Below are positions 41,248 through 50,415 of a DNA stretch of 53,704 bases, piece by piece. The number at the start of each line of letters is the position of its first letter. Position 1 is the stretch's first letter. The notes under the pieces are model-generated. The model worked only from the letters and a program-made list of their open reading frames with translations. It was not told where the DNA came from and did not search any database. The stretch is taken from IMG/VR virus record IMGVR_UViG_3300023184_000166, positions 1 through 53,704 of that record, one strand, 5' to 3'. The stretch is from a virus (lineage: Duplodnaviria > Caudoviricetes). Both the position numbers and the translations under genes were made by a program.

Positions 41248-41883
41248 ATGCCTAATATAGCAATAGATTCTAAAGACCTACTTCCTCCCGATATGCAAGG
41301 TTGGAATTATGGAAATAAAATATTCGCCCAACTTGTTGAAAAAATTAGACCATATAGAGTTTTTGAAGTTGGTTCATGGAAAGGTATGTCCACCATAAAC
41401 TTACACCGACAACTAGAAAAACTCAATCAACCATTTGAACTTTATTGTATTGACACTTGGCTTGGTAGCCTAGAACATATGGATGGACAATATGCAGGAG
41501 GTAAATATCCAAAAAAATATGGTTATCCTCAACTCTATATGCAATTTTTATCAAACTTACATTATGCTGGATGTCTAAACAATATCATTCCAATTCCTAA
41601 TACAAGCATCACCGCTGCTCGCCATCTGAAAAGCATGCACATCAATGCAAATCTCATTTACATTGATGCAAGCCATGAAAGTCCTGATGTTTACCATGAT
41701 ATCAAAAATTATTGGGATTTATTGTTAGAAGGCGGCGTCATGTTTGGAGATGATTATGATTTTGGAACCGTTGCAAATGATGTAAAACAATTTTTTAATG
41801 AAAAAGAAATTACCTATAGAATAGTTGACGGAGTCTACTGGGTTTCATCACCAAAAATAATTAAAACCATCAAAGTAAATTGA
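41248..41883 (+). CDS. Class I SAM-dependent methyltransferase (Methyltransf_24-like)
   Basis: FEVGSWKGMST, CIDTWLGS, LIYIDASH, GGVMFGDDY. Confidence 0.88.
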   Translation: MPNIAIDSKDLLPPDMQGWNYGNKIFAQLVEKIRPYRVFEVGSWKGMSTINLHRQLEKLNQPFELYCIDTWLGSLEHMDGQYAGGKYPKKYGYPQLYMQFLSNLHYAGCLNNIIPIPNTSITAARHLKSMHINANLIYIDASHESPDVYHDIKNYWDLLLEGGVMFGDDYDFGTVANDVKQFFNEKEITYRIVDGVYWVSSPKIIKTIKVN

Positions 41884-41894
41884 TATCTTAAAAT

Positions 41895-42512
41895 TTAGTC
41901 AATGTAAATTATTGAATATGGATAAATTTCTAAGCCCCTAAGCCAAAATAATATCCACCTACTACACTCCCTGCCTAATAAATCTCCTTGCCAATTCCAC
42001 GCTTTTTCAAATTCTTCAACAACCAAACCTTCAATTTTACCACTTGCAGGATTGGCAAAATAAATTACATCACGCTCATAACCAGTCACAACCACATAAT
42101 GCCAGTTCCATTCACCAGAACGCACCAAAACAATACAGGGCTTTCCACGAGCCACAAGATTCTTTAACCGATCTATTCCAGCATAATTTAATCGTCCATT
42201 TAATCCATAACTCATCAAAGCATTCTGAATCAATGCTGGAGCCGTCATTCCAAAATCTTTACCATGTGATGTATACCAAACTGTCTTCGTCTTCTTCTTC
42301 ACATCACTTAAAGAAGCCTCAATTCCATAATAACGCAAAATCATAATTGCTGAAGTTGGACCACAAGTAATATTGTCAGGTTGTTCTGCAAGTGTATCAA
42401 AAGAAATTGAATATAACGCAGGATGCGAAAGATCTTTATGCCTTAACAACGCTATGATAAGAACGGCTGATAAGAATAATGCAATATTTCTTAATTCTGA
42501 GGATAAAAACAT
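41895..42512 (-). CDS. Peptidase C39-like protein with N-terminal TM
   Basis: QPDNITCGPTS (Cys), WHYVVVTGY (His), FANP. Confidence 0.85.
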   Translation of the reverse strand: MFLSSELRNIALFLSAVLIIALLRHKDLSHPALYSISFDTLAEQPDNITCGPTSAIMILRYYGIEASLSDVKKKTKTVWYTSHGKDFGMTAPALIQNALMSYGLNGRLNYAGIDRLKNLVARGKPCIVLVRSGEWNWHYVVVTGYERDVIYFANPASGKIEGLVVEEFEKAWNWQGDLLGRECSRWILFWLRGLEIYPYSIIYID

Positions 42513-43134
42513 GCCTTACCTTGTGACAGATCAAAAAGACCAATCATGGCGTGGCGTTCAATGGGGTCTCAATATATCTCACGAAGAAAATAACTCCAAT
42601 TATTATTTTGGAGTTTACGAAACCCTGAACACCGCTCTTTTTATGTACCCATATCACGAAGATATTGATCAACCCAAATTTTGGAGAATTGCCGAACCTT
42701 TTAACTCAAAAAAATATAGAATTGAAATTCCCAAAGTAACTACCTTAGAACCAATCCAAGTAACACTTCCCACCAATAAACAACGCATCAATTTTGCAAT
42801 ACTAGCATGTCTTTTTATAGTTTCTAATAAATCGTTTCGTGAATGGGCTAAAGCTTATCTTCTAGAAGAACCCACAGATGATCCTATTACTGTTGTAAAA
42901 AAAATTCAAATTTCAACACTTCAAGGAGATGTGCCAACACAAGATGATTATATATCTTGCGTTCACCCATGCCTTAATGCCATTATGATGGAAAATCCCA
43001 ATTTTTTTGCTGCAGCAAGTGCTCACCGAGCATTTTACGATAGTCCCGAAAATGATCCCATCAACCTTACTCAAATAGCAGATATATCTCTTTCTATTTC
43101 CAACAAGGAAATTGCACAAACAATTTTAAAATAA
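42511..43134 (+). CDS. Hypothetical protein (start reassigned to MPYLVTD)
   Basis: GAGGA RBS before ATG at 42511; divergent from the C39 gene. Confidence 0.6.
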   Translation: MPYLVTDQKDQSWRGVQWGLNISHEENNSNYYFGVYETLNTALFMYPYHEDIDQPKFWRIAEPFNSKKYRIEIPKVTTLEPIQVTLPTNKQRINFAILACLFIVSNKSFREWAKAYLLEEPTDDPITVVKKIQISTLQGDVPTQDDYISCVHPCLNAIMMENPNFFAAASAHRAFYDSPENDPINLTQIADISLSISNKEIAQTILK

Positions 43135-43178
43135 CAATTATAAATAAAAACATATACTTTTTATTTTTAAGAGATATT

Positions 43179-44609
43179 ATGCAAACATTTTCTGAATTTC
43201 TTGTAAACCGTGATCCCTCCATTCTTGATGAAGGATTTTTGGATTCTTTAAAACAATCTTTTGGTCAGTCTTATACTGCAGCACGAGGAAATTCAGAAGA
43301 TGATCAAAATCTTTCAAAGTATGCAGCACAAGCCATTCCTGCTCTAAAAACAGCAGCAGGAGAAGCAAAGAAATATTCGGAAAAATTAGGTATTCCTTTA
43401 CCTCTTGCAACAGCCGTTATTGCTTCAGGTATTGTCGGTGGTCCAGCCGCAATTCCATTTGCTGCCCTCATGTACTTCGTTCGACAACCAATTAACAAAT
43501 TGGCTGGAAAAGCCTTCGACTACGGAGCTCAAAAATTAGGCCTAATGCCAAAACCAGAACAGCCTACTCCTACTACTGCTGCTGCTGCACCTAAATTTCA
43601 AATGCCTAATATATCATCAGATGGCGTTAGAACACAACTTGCACACACCGATAACCTCACCTTTGGTCAATATCTTACACTAGTTGAAGCTGGCTATATT
43701 GATCTTGATGAAGGTTGGGGCGATTGGGCTGGGAGCATGCTTGGAAAAGCCGCAGGATTTATTGGTGGTAAAGCTGTTAAGTATGGATCAAATGTTGCAA
43801 ATATGTTGAAAAATGCTGCCTCAGCAATCGGCAAATTTGCAAGCGAAAATAAACTTGGTATTGCTAAAGTAGCATTTCTTATGGGTGTAGGAACTCTTGT
43901 TGGTGCAGGCATTGGTGCCGCAGTCAATAAAGCAAGTGCTGCTATTCATGGAGTCCAACAAAGCGGTATCGCACATCCTCAAGATGTACAGGATGTAGCA
44001 AGTAGCGTTGGTGCACAATCCGCAGTTGATGCTAAATCCCAAGTTGCACAATCTGCAGTTGATGCCAAATCTCAAGCTGCACAATCCGCAGTAGATGCCA
44101 AATCTCAAGCTGTTGATGCAGCTTCAACAAAAGCCCAAGCAGCTGATGCTGCTGTAAATGCCAAATCCCAAGCTGCACAATCCGCAGTAGATGCCAAATC
44201 TCAAGCTGTTAACGCAGTTGTTGCTGCAAAACACAGTTTGCCTAGCATTATAGCTATCAAACAAGCAAAAATGGAAATCATTGATAAGATAAAAAGTGGC
44301 GAAGTTACTGATTATGATTCCTTGCAGAATGCAATTAACGCTACTAAACATAAGTTTTATGATTTAGTTAAAGATCCATTTAGCAAAACTGGAGAAATGA
44401 GTTTTCGTGGAAAAGAAATTTTTAATGATAGACTTGATATGCAAATTACAGCATTGGCAGGAAACGGAGCAACAGGAAACGCAGCCCAATTAGCATTTAA
44501 AATCATTAAAAATGCAGGCGGAACTCCAGATGTAGAAAAATTATCTCAACTTTCAAATGCTATTTCTGGAATTTCAGGTGCAAGAAGTGCTCCACTATTG
44601 CCTGACTAA
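43179..44609 (+). CDS. Ala/Gly-rich putative internal virion protein with 11-aa QSAVDAKSQAA repeats
   Basis: 476 aa; MQTFSEFL N-terminus, two LDEG sites, hydrophobic Gly/Ala helices; 33-bp repeats about 44013-44210. Confidence 0.65.
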   Translation: MQTFSEFLVNRDPSILDEGFLDSLKQSFGQSYTAARGNSEDDQNLSKYAAQAIPALKTAAGEAKKYSEKLGIPLPLATAVIASGIVGGPAAIPFAALMYFVRQPINKLAGKAFDYGAQKLGLMPKPEQPTPTTAAAAPKFQMPNISSDGVRTQLAHTDNLTFGQYLTLVEAGYIDLDEGWGDWAGSMLGKAAGFIGGKAVKYGSNVANMLKNAASAIGKFASENKLGIAKVAFLMGVGTLVGAGIGAAVNKASAAIHGVQQSGIAHPQDVQDVASSVGAQSAVDAKSQVAQSAVDAKSQAAQSAVDAKSQAVDAASTKAQAADAAVNAKSQAAQSAVDAKSQAVNAVVAAKHSLPSIIAIKQAKMEIIDKIKSGEVTDYDSLQNAINATKHKFYDLVKDPFSKTGEMSFRGKEIFNDRLDMQITALAGNGATGNAAQLAFKIIKNAGGTPDVEKLSQLSNAISGISGARSAPLLPD

Positions 44610-44860
44610 TAATTCAAATTTATTACCCTTTTCAATAACCCAGCTTCATGCACACGGATGTGCATTTTTGGAACTTTTAAACCTAAAACTTCAAATGAGT
44701 TTTGATATTTTGTGCAAGCCCATCTTGCCTCATCTTCAGTAATGAACTTCACATGATTGGATTCCACACAACAAATACCTAAAAAAACATCTATATCATC
44801 AAGCGTTAAATATCGATCAGACTCAATCAAATATAAACTAAAACTCATAATATTATTCAC
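44606..44860 (-). CDS. Hypothetical protein
   Basis: 84-aa ORF coupled to upstream ORF. Confidence 0.5.
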   Translation of the reverse strand: MNNIMSFSLYLIESDRYLTLDDIDVFLGICCVESNHVKFITEDEARWACTKYQNSFEVLGLKVPKMHIRVHEAGLLKRVINLNY

Positions 44861-45171
44861 AACTTCTTGTCTAAAACCAAGAAAAACTCTTCATTCCTTT
44901 TGCGATCTTCTTCCAAAGAACTAAATAAATATAATTCAAATGAATCATCAGACCTACCAGACCAACCTTTTAATGCAAAGTCAATAAAGCTTTTTCTTTT
45001 TTCAAAAGAATGTCCGCAAAACTTCTTATCCAATACACGCAAACGAATCACATTGCCTATCTCATATGCACTAACATCATTAAAACCTCTCAAGCGCACA
45101 AATAATTCAAGAAGTCGTGTCTTATCAGTTGTTTTTTCTTGCCATATCATGGTGAACTTATATACACACAT
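44857..45171 (-). CDS. Hypothetical protein
   Basis: 104-aa ORF, start uncertain. Confidence 0.5.
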   Translation of the reverse strand: MCVYKFTMIWQEKTTDKTRLLELFVRLRGFNDVSAYEIGNVIRLRVLDKKFCGHSFEKRKSFIDFALKGWSGRSDDSFELYLFSSLEEDRKRNEEFFLVLDKKL

Positions 45172-45359
45172 TCAAGGGCACTTCAATTGCATTCATCTTT
45201 CGGCCCTACCCCTATCAAATTTTTTCGACAAAATGCATAACTATCAAACTCACAATAAAAAACCCTTTACTCTATTAGTGTACATTATGCTTTATAATTA
45301 CCTGCCAGAAATAATGTATACATGGATAAAATCCAAAATACATCAATATTTGATTTAGC

Positions 45360-45389
45360 AAAAAGCCCGACCAAAAGTCGGGCTTTTTT
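45360..45389. terminator. Intrinsic terminator-like hairpin
   Basis: AAAAAGCCCGAC-CAAAA-GTCGGGCTTTTTT. Confidence 0.75.
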
Positions 45390-45414
45390 ATGAAACAACA
45401 AAAGGAGAACCAAT

Positions 45415-45639
45415 ATGAGTGATAACTACGCCTCGCAAGAAACAGTCTTTATGCTCGCATCTCGTGTTGAACAACTTCAAGCTGAAGTCAACAAATTACA
45501 ATACGCCATCAGGGAAAATGCCTGCATTCTTTACGAAGGTAAAAAATTTATGCTCGGATGGGCACGACAAGCATTGGGAGAAGAAATATCCGACTCCACC
45601 ACCTATGAAAATTATCGTAATCGACTCTTTAACGACTAA
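45415..45639 (+). CDS. Hypothetical protein
   Basis: 74 aa, AAAGGAG RBS. Confidence 0.7.
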   Translation: MSDNYASQETVFMLASRVEQLQAEVNKLQYAIRENACILYEGKKFMLGWARQALGEEISDSTTYENYRNRLFND

Positions 45640-45672
45640 ATAACTTGTAACCCCTACCATAAGGAAATTATC

Positions 45673-45930
45673 ATGCTTGATATTAAAACCGATTCATCTG
45701 GACTCATCCAATTCTCCAAAAATTCTATCATCTCCACAATCAATAAACCAGAACCAAATACCCAAACTACTCTCGAAGCAATCATGAAAGTTTACAAAGA
45801 CTTTGAATCCGATCCCCTTACAAGACCAGAACTTGTACAAGTATTCAAAAACCTTGCAGATAAATCAGTTAGCCCTAAAGTATTCAACAATAAAGAATTT
45901 CAAAACGCACTCCAAAAAGCAAGTAACTAA
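45673..45930 (+). CDS. Hypothetical protein
   Basis: 85 aa, AAGGA RBS. Confidence 0.65.
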   Translation: MLDIKTDSSGLIQFSKNSIISTINKPEPNTQTTLEAIMKVYKDFESDPLTRPELVQVFKNLADKSVSPKVFNNKEFQNALQKASN

Positions 45931-45955
45931 TAATTCCTGTTGAAACAATAAGAAA

Positions 45956-45992
45956 CCCATGGTAGGATAAGACTCCTATCGTGGGCCTTTTT
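45956..45992 (+). terminator. Intrinsic terminator
   Basis: CCCATGGTAGGA-TAAGAC-TCCTATCGTGGG (two G-U pairs) followed by CCTTTTT. Confidence 0.55.
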
Positions 45993-46017
45993 ATTGTATA
46001 ACTAAAGGAGTTATTTT

Positions 46018-46521
46018 ATGGATCGAAGACTGTTCATTGAAGCTGTATTAGGCGGAACTATTGGCGGATTTACCAATATCAAAATGTCAAACGAAACACC
46101 AGAAGTTGTACGCATCAACGAAAATCTATATAAAGCCAAAATCCTCAGAGCCGATAAACCAAACGGCAATGCACGCATCTATACCAGATCGCTGATCCAA
46201 AATATGATCTCCTCCCCAATACCCCCTAATGGCATGATCGACTCCGTTGCCTTTGCCTTTGACAAAGTACCACCACAACTTATCTCTCATACCGTATCAA
46301 AACCCAAACTCGAAGGTGATTACCTTACCGTTCTAATAACACCAATCAACACCATCGAAGGCAAAAGACTCCAAAAACTACTCGAAGAAAAGAAAGTTGT
46401 TTTTCGACCCGTTGGTAGCTCTACCATTAAAGAAAATAATAAAGGTATCATTACCCTTAATGATGACTATTTCCTGAAAGCTATCAACGCCTACGAAAAA
46501 GATATTGCCGCAAGTCTTTAA
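46018..46521 (+). CDS. Degenerate T4 gp21-like prohead protease paralog
   Basis: ILRADKPNGNARIYT, ISHTV, NTIEGKRLQKLL, DDYFLKAIN align with peptidase U9 motifs; catalytic GELxHP and SSRG absent. Confidence 0.6.
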   Translation: MDRRLFIEAVLGGTIGGFTNIKMSNETPEVVRINENLYKAKILRADKPNGNARIYTRSLIQNMISSPIPPNGMIDSVAFAFDKVPPQLISHTVSKPKLEGDYLTVLITPINTIEGKRLQKLLEEKKVVFRPVGSSTIKENNKGIITLNDDYFLKAINAYEKDIAASL

Positions 46522-46525
46522 ATCC

Positions 46526-46566
46526 AAGAACTCACGGCAGAAGATCATACCCTGCCGTGAGTTCTT
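46526..46566. terminator. 15-bp stem hairpin between convergent genes
   Basis: AAGAACTCACGGCAG-N11-CTGCCGTGAGTTCTT. Confidence 0.7.
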
Positions 46567-46581
46567 TATATCATCATCTAC

Positions 46582-47217
46582 TTATTTTTTTATATTTGAA
46601 ACAAAAGACTTGAATTCCTTACTGCCAAACTTCTTATGACGCAAACCTTCCTCAATAGCAGAAGCTTTCTCGTGAGCTTTAATATAAGGCATCCCACCTT
46701 TCATCAATAACATCTCATAATACTCATGAGCCAAAATATACCAATATTCTCCCAACTCCTCACGCTCTAACCATATCTCCCCATGTGGTATCCAATTGTA
46801 CACCTGCCCATGTCCACCTTGACTAAAATCCGTTTTGTAATGATCACGAACCGCTTTGCCTGAAACCAGATAAACCTTGATATCATTAAACTTGAAATAA
46901 AGTTTCTTATCTATCAGTTCCTCATGCTTCTTGCGTATTTTCCTCTCATCCTTCTGCTCCTGACTATAAGACATTCCCTTATATCTCTTCACTGCCCCAC
47001 TAAGCAACTCATTCAACTCAGAAGTTTTGATGTTTCTATCAACCCATATCTCATCCTTGCCAATCACATCTGGAAAATCCTCATGAATAGCTATCGTACA
47101 AAACTCTTCATGTGGCAAAGAACTGCCACGAAACTTTTTAGCATCAATATATCGAACCTTATAACCTTCATATTCTGATGGCTTAATAGATTCCCAAAAA
47201 TCAAAGAAATTCTTCAT
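46582..47217 (-). CDS. Hypothetical protein with internally duplicated domain, HExxE in second copy
   Basis: KVRYIDAKKFR..DEIWVD and KVYLVSGKAVR..GEIWLE..LAHEYYE; start reassigned to MKNFFDF. Confidence 0.6.
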   Translation of the reverse strand: MKNFFDFWESIKPSEYEGYKVRYIDAKKFRGSSLPHEEFCTIAIHEDFPDVIGKDEIWVDRNIKTSELNELLSGAVKRYKGMSYSQEQKDERKIRKKHEELIDKKLYFKFNDIKVYLVSGKAVRDHYKTDFSQGGHGQVYNWIPHGEIWLEREELGEYWYILAHEYYEMLLMKGGMPYIKAHEKASAIEEGLRHKKFGSKEFKSFVSNIKK

Positions 47218-47334
47218 AATCATATTTAAGCTTATAAATTTAAAGACCAATTTAAACATGAAAAAATACAATAAAAAACTAAAAAATCACATGGCTAAAA
47301 AGTAACTATATTATTAAATTTGCAAAGGAATATC

Positions 47335-47892
47335 ATGAAATCATTTAAAGAGTTCTTGGAAGAAAAAAATTATAACGAAATGGATGCTGACCTACCTAAA
47401 GATATTCCACAACATATTGCCAACCCAGCACCAAAAGTTCAAACTGCACAAAACAATTTTGGTAGCATGGGATCTTATTTGCCAACAAATTGGAGATATG
47501 CAAACGAAAAAACATCTAAAGCAGGCCCAAATCTTAATATGGAAATGAACAAATATAAAAATGATATAATTTCATTCCTGCAAGAAGCAGGTGCTAAAGA
47601 TAATCAAGCAATTAAAAATATTGCAGAAGATATCGTACAAGATTTAATAGAACAAGACCCAAGCGGAAGATCTTTGGATAAAATACCTTCTCTTAAAGGT
47701 CATCAAGAAGTAAAGTCAAAAGGACTACTTCAATTCGATTCTAATTTTGCTAGCCTTGATAGATCTGTCGAAGCTATAAAAAATTTATATTTAAATAAAT
47801 CAAAGTTACAGAATCTATCAGAAAGAAAAGCTATTTGGAGTCAAATAGAAGGAGATATTATGATTAAATCTCTTCAAGATGCAGGAAAATGA
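47335..47892 (+). CDS. Hypothetical protein, capsid-targeting-like N-terminus
   Basis: AAAGGA RBS then MKSFKEFLEE. Confidence 0.7.
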   Translation: MKSFKEFLEEKNYNEMDADLPKDIPQHIANPAPKVQTAQNNFGSMGSYLPTNWRYANEKTSKAGPNLNMEMNKYKNDIISFLQEAGAKDNQAIKNIAEDIVQDLIEQDPSGRSLDKIPSLKGHQEVKSKGLLQFDSNFASLDRSVEAIKNLYLNKSKLQNLSERKAIWSQIEGDIMIKSLQDAGK

Positions 47893-48014
47893 TTCAAACA
47901 ACTATGATCTTTAAAAAACTATTGTTTTTATTAGTTTCCTTCATCGTTATGTACCTTGCATTAAAATTCCTCTTGGCAGACCTAATACCAAATTGCAACT
48001 GTACCAACCATTGA
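47889..48014 (+). CDS. Possible 41-aa membrane peptide
   Basis: Manual translation MIQTTMIFKKLLFLLVSFIVMYLALKFLLADLIPNCNCTNH; ATGA overlap with upstream gene. Confidence 0.35.
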   Translation: MIQTTMIFKKLLFLLVSFIVMYLALKFLLADLIPNCNCTNH

Positions 48015-48054
48015 AAACATAAATAATTTGCATCACTAACCATTAAATAAAAAC

Positions 48055-48237
48055 ATGAACTTCAAAGAATGGCTATCCCTGCAAGAATTCAACCAACCTA
48101 GAGAAGGTATGAAAAGCCGTTGGTCAATGAAATACAAAAAATCTATCAACTGCAATAACCCCAAAGGCTTCAGCCAAATTAACTACTGCAAACGCCAAAA
48201 ACGAGGCGGTAAATATCAAGAAAATGTAAATGACTGA
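48055..48237 (+). CDS. Small conserved phage protein
   Basis: WSMKYKKSINCNNPKGFSQINYC motif recalled from large myovirus proteins. Confidence 0.7.
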   Translation: MNFKEWLSLQEFNQPREGMKSRWSMKYKKSINCNNPKGFSQINYCKRQKRGGKYQENVND

Positions 48238-48253
48238 AACTTTTTAACTTCCT

Positions 48254-49459
48254 TCACACCCGTTGTGCATATACATATTTTTGAACATAATCCTTGATGT
48301 GGCTCATGTCATTAGACTGGTATGCCTGATAAAGAGCAAGACCAATTTTCTGAGCCTCAGGACTCTTTGGGTTCTTTCTGTAAATCCTCTCAAACACATC
48401 ATGAACAGTGTGCCAATTCAAATCTCCTACCTTGTTCATAATACTCGATAGCGACAATGAAATCGATTGTTGATTCGATTGTTGAGGATTCTGTTGATTT
48501 GATTGTTGAGGATTCTGTTGATTCGATTGTTGAGGATTGTTCAAAAACTTATGCTCCAAAGGTAGAAGTTTCTGGAACTGGTCTAGAACTTGCATCTGTC
48601 CAGCCGACGCTTTGACCTTACCTTCACGATTCGTCAAGTATTCCTGTGCCGCTTTAGCAGCATCTGGATTGATTCTCTGAAGTTGACCCAATGCTCCTTG
48701 AATCAATGACAATGAAGGCGACACTTCTTGGGCCAAACCTACCGCAAACTGATTTCCAGTCAAAGGATTGTTCTTGTGCAAGGCTCTGTTGAAATCCTTG
48801 TTGCTGAATATCTGAGCTAATTCCGATTTTATCTCGTCCGTGATCGGTTCTTTGAAGTACATCGTGATCGGGTCGTGCCTCTCCTGCCACATATCCTCAC
48901 TATCAGGCGTCTTGTAATATGCCAACCTCCGATTAGCGACATAATCATCCAAAACACTTATCAGCTTCTTGTTGGCCAAAGCCGCAAAACTGAGACGACC
49001 CTCTTTCTCATCCATGCCAATACGGAATGATGCCCTAGGATGTTTCGAAAAGCTATAAGGAATACGGTAGAACCAACCTCCTTCTTTATTAACCCGCACC
49101 AATTGATTGGAAACCGATGTCACTGTATCAATGTCATTTTCGTGTGGCACATCATCATAATGCTCGCCTTCCTTACGATTTGGAACTCGTAATGATTTGT
49201 ACAAGTTTTCCAAAATTATCTTATACATCATCTGAGGTTGGTAGAAATTTGGACTCTTACCCAAGGCAAGAATGGTTTGAGGCTTGTATAACTTAGAAAG
49301 GCTTTCGATATAATACTTTTGCAGTTCATTCTGAGGAGGCACAGGCAGTTGATTCATCAAGTCCTGCACCTGTTGATCCTCTACCAAAATATCCATATAG
49401 ATGGACTCAGAAATAATCCCAGACAAATACAACAAATAAATCTTCTTCATGACTGACAC
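48254..49459 (-). CDS. Hypothetical protein with QQSNQQNP linker repeats
   Basis: 401 aa; 24-bp repeat x3 at about 48465-48540. Confidence 0.7.
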   Translation of the reverse strand: MSVMKKIYLLYLSGIISESIYMDILVEDQQVQDLMNQLPVPPQNELQKYYIESLSKLYKPQTILALGKSPNFYQPQMMYKIILENLYKSLRVPNRKEGEHYDDVPHENDIDTVTSVSNQLVRVNKEGGWFYRIPYSFSKHPRASFRIGMDEKEGRLSFAALANKKLISVLDDYVANRRLAYYKTPDSEDMWQERHDPITMYFKEPITDEIKSELAQIFSNKDFNRALHKNNPLTGNQFAVGLAQEVSPSLSLIQGALGQLQRINPDAAKAAQEYLTNREGKVKASAGQMQVLDQFQKLLPLEHKFLNNPQQSNQQNPQQSNQQNPQQSNQQSISLSLSSIMNKVGDLNWHTVHDVFERIYRKNPKSPEAQKIGLALYQAYQSNDMSHIKDYVQKYVYAQRV

Positions 49460-49816
49460 GCCTCATTAAAGTTGGTAACCGTAGCTATTCCCCCCCCGCC
49501 GTATTTTTTAGGCCCAACCCCAAAAACAATTTTTCCGCCCTATTAGAGACAGATGGCAATTTCCGTCACTTAATTTTTGTAAAAACTTATTTTTTATACA
49601 CATTTTTGCCCTCCTAAACACATTTTATGGCACTTTTAGGGCAATAAAGGCATGGCAGAAACAGATGGCAGGGCTTTTCTTCCCACAAAAAAACAAAATG
49701 GCTTCTTTTAAATAAAAAGAGGGGTGATAGCTGTTAGGATGGGGGGGTGGGGGTACACCCATCCCAAGGTTTTTCATTTTAATTTTTGAATTAAAAATTT
49801 TGTAAAAATTTTTTCC
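49460..49816. other. Non-coding region with opposing G-runs and AT-rich tracts; candidate origin or genome terminus
   Basis: C8 run at 49490-49497, G7TG5 at 49741-49753, AT-rich 49760-49814, apparent skew inversion. Confidence 0.4.
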
Positions 49817-49876
49817 TAGGTACAAAAACTCCAAGAGCCAAGCCAAAGCCAGCTGGCAATCAGCTGGCATCCACTC

Positions 49877-50263
49877 CTAATTCCAGCAGACCCCACCAGT
49901 CTCCTGTAGTATTAGTATTGTATGTTCTGATATCTGCTGTGCCTTACAGATCCTAGCTACTGCATCGGGATCGCTAGTTGATCCGCACCAAGGATCAAGT
50001 CCTAGCCCCTGCATCGCATCAATACACTTCACTCGCCCCCATCCGAAGGTGAGGAAGTGATCGAGCCTACCCGCAGTAGGATGGCCATCAACCAAAGCCC
50101 ATGCTGCTTCGCCGTCAAGCTCTGCAGCCTGAACCCGCAATGCCTTCAGTATCTCCATAGTGCCAGCAGGTACATCAGCAAGAGCTTCGAGGGTGGCAGC
50201 AGATTCAGTATTGGGGTAAAGACGGGTGGCCATGGTTATAATCTCCTGTGGCGTAATTGCCAT
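49877..50263 (-). CDS. Cassette 1 ORF, hypothetical, apparently leaderless
   Basis: 128 aa, GC-rich; ATG directly follows CGATGTACTC; hairpin GCCAGCTG-N5-CAGCTGGC at 49848-49868. Confidence 0.75.
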   Translation of the reverse strand: MAITPQEIITMATRLYPNTESAATLEALADVPAGTMEILKALRVQAAELDGEAAWALVDGHPTAGRLDHFLTFGWGRVKCIDAMQGLGLDPWCGSTSDPDAVARICKAQQISEHTILILQETGGVCWN

Positions 50264-50264
50264 G

Positions 50265-50294
50265 AGTACATCGATGAGGTGTTGAGATTAGTCC
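50265..50294 (-). promoter_or_regulatory. Cassette promoter-like motif 1
   Basis: GGACTAA-N14-CGATGTACT on minus strand. Confidence 0.7.
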
Positions 50295-50364
50295 AAGAAA
50301 ATGTTTGGATATTAAAAAGAATGTCACGGTAATGTCCTAGGTACAAAAACAAATGGGAAGTACA

Positions 50365-50390
50365 AATAAAAAAGCCCCCGAAGGGGCTTT
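50365..50390 (-). terminator. Cassette 2 terminator
   Basis: AAAGCCCC-CGAA-GGGGCTTT with U-tract on minus strand. Confidence 0.85.
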
Positions 50391-50415
50391 GGTTTAGCAT
50401 GAGACACTACATTCA

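Noticed and set aside
48254-49459. Similarity of RHDPITMYF region to HopA1-type effectors
   Set aside because: Short motif recalled from memory; insufficient without a profile search
49625-49870. 81-aa minus-strand ORF
   Set aside because: Crosses a hairpin, the 13-mer and homopolymer runs; low complexity, no RBS
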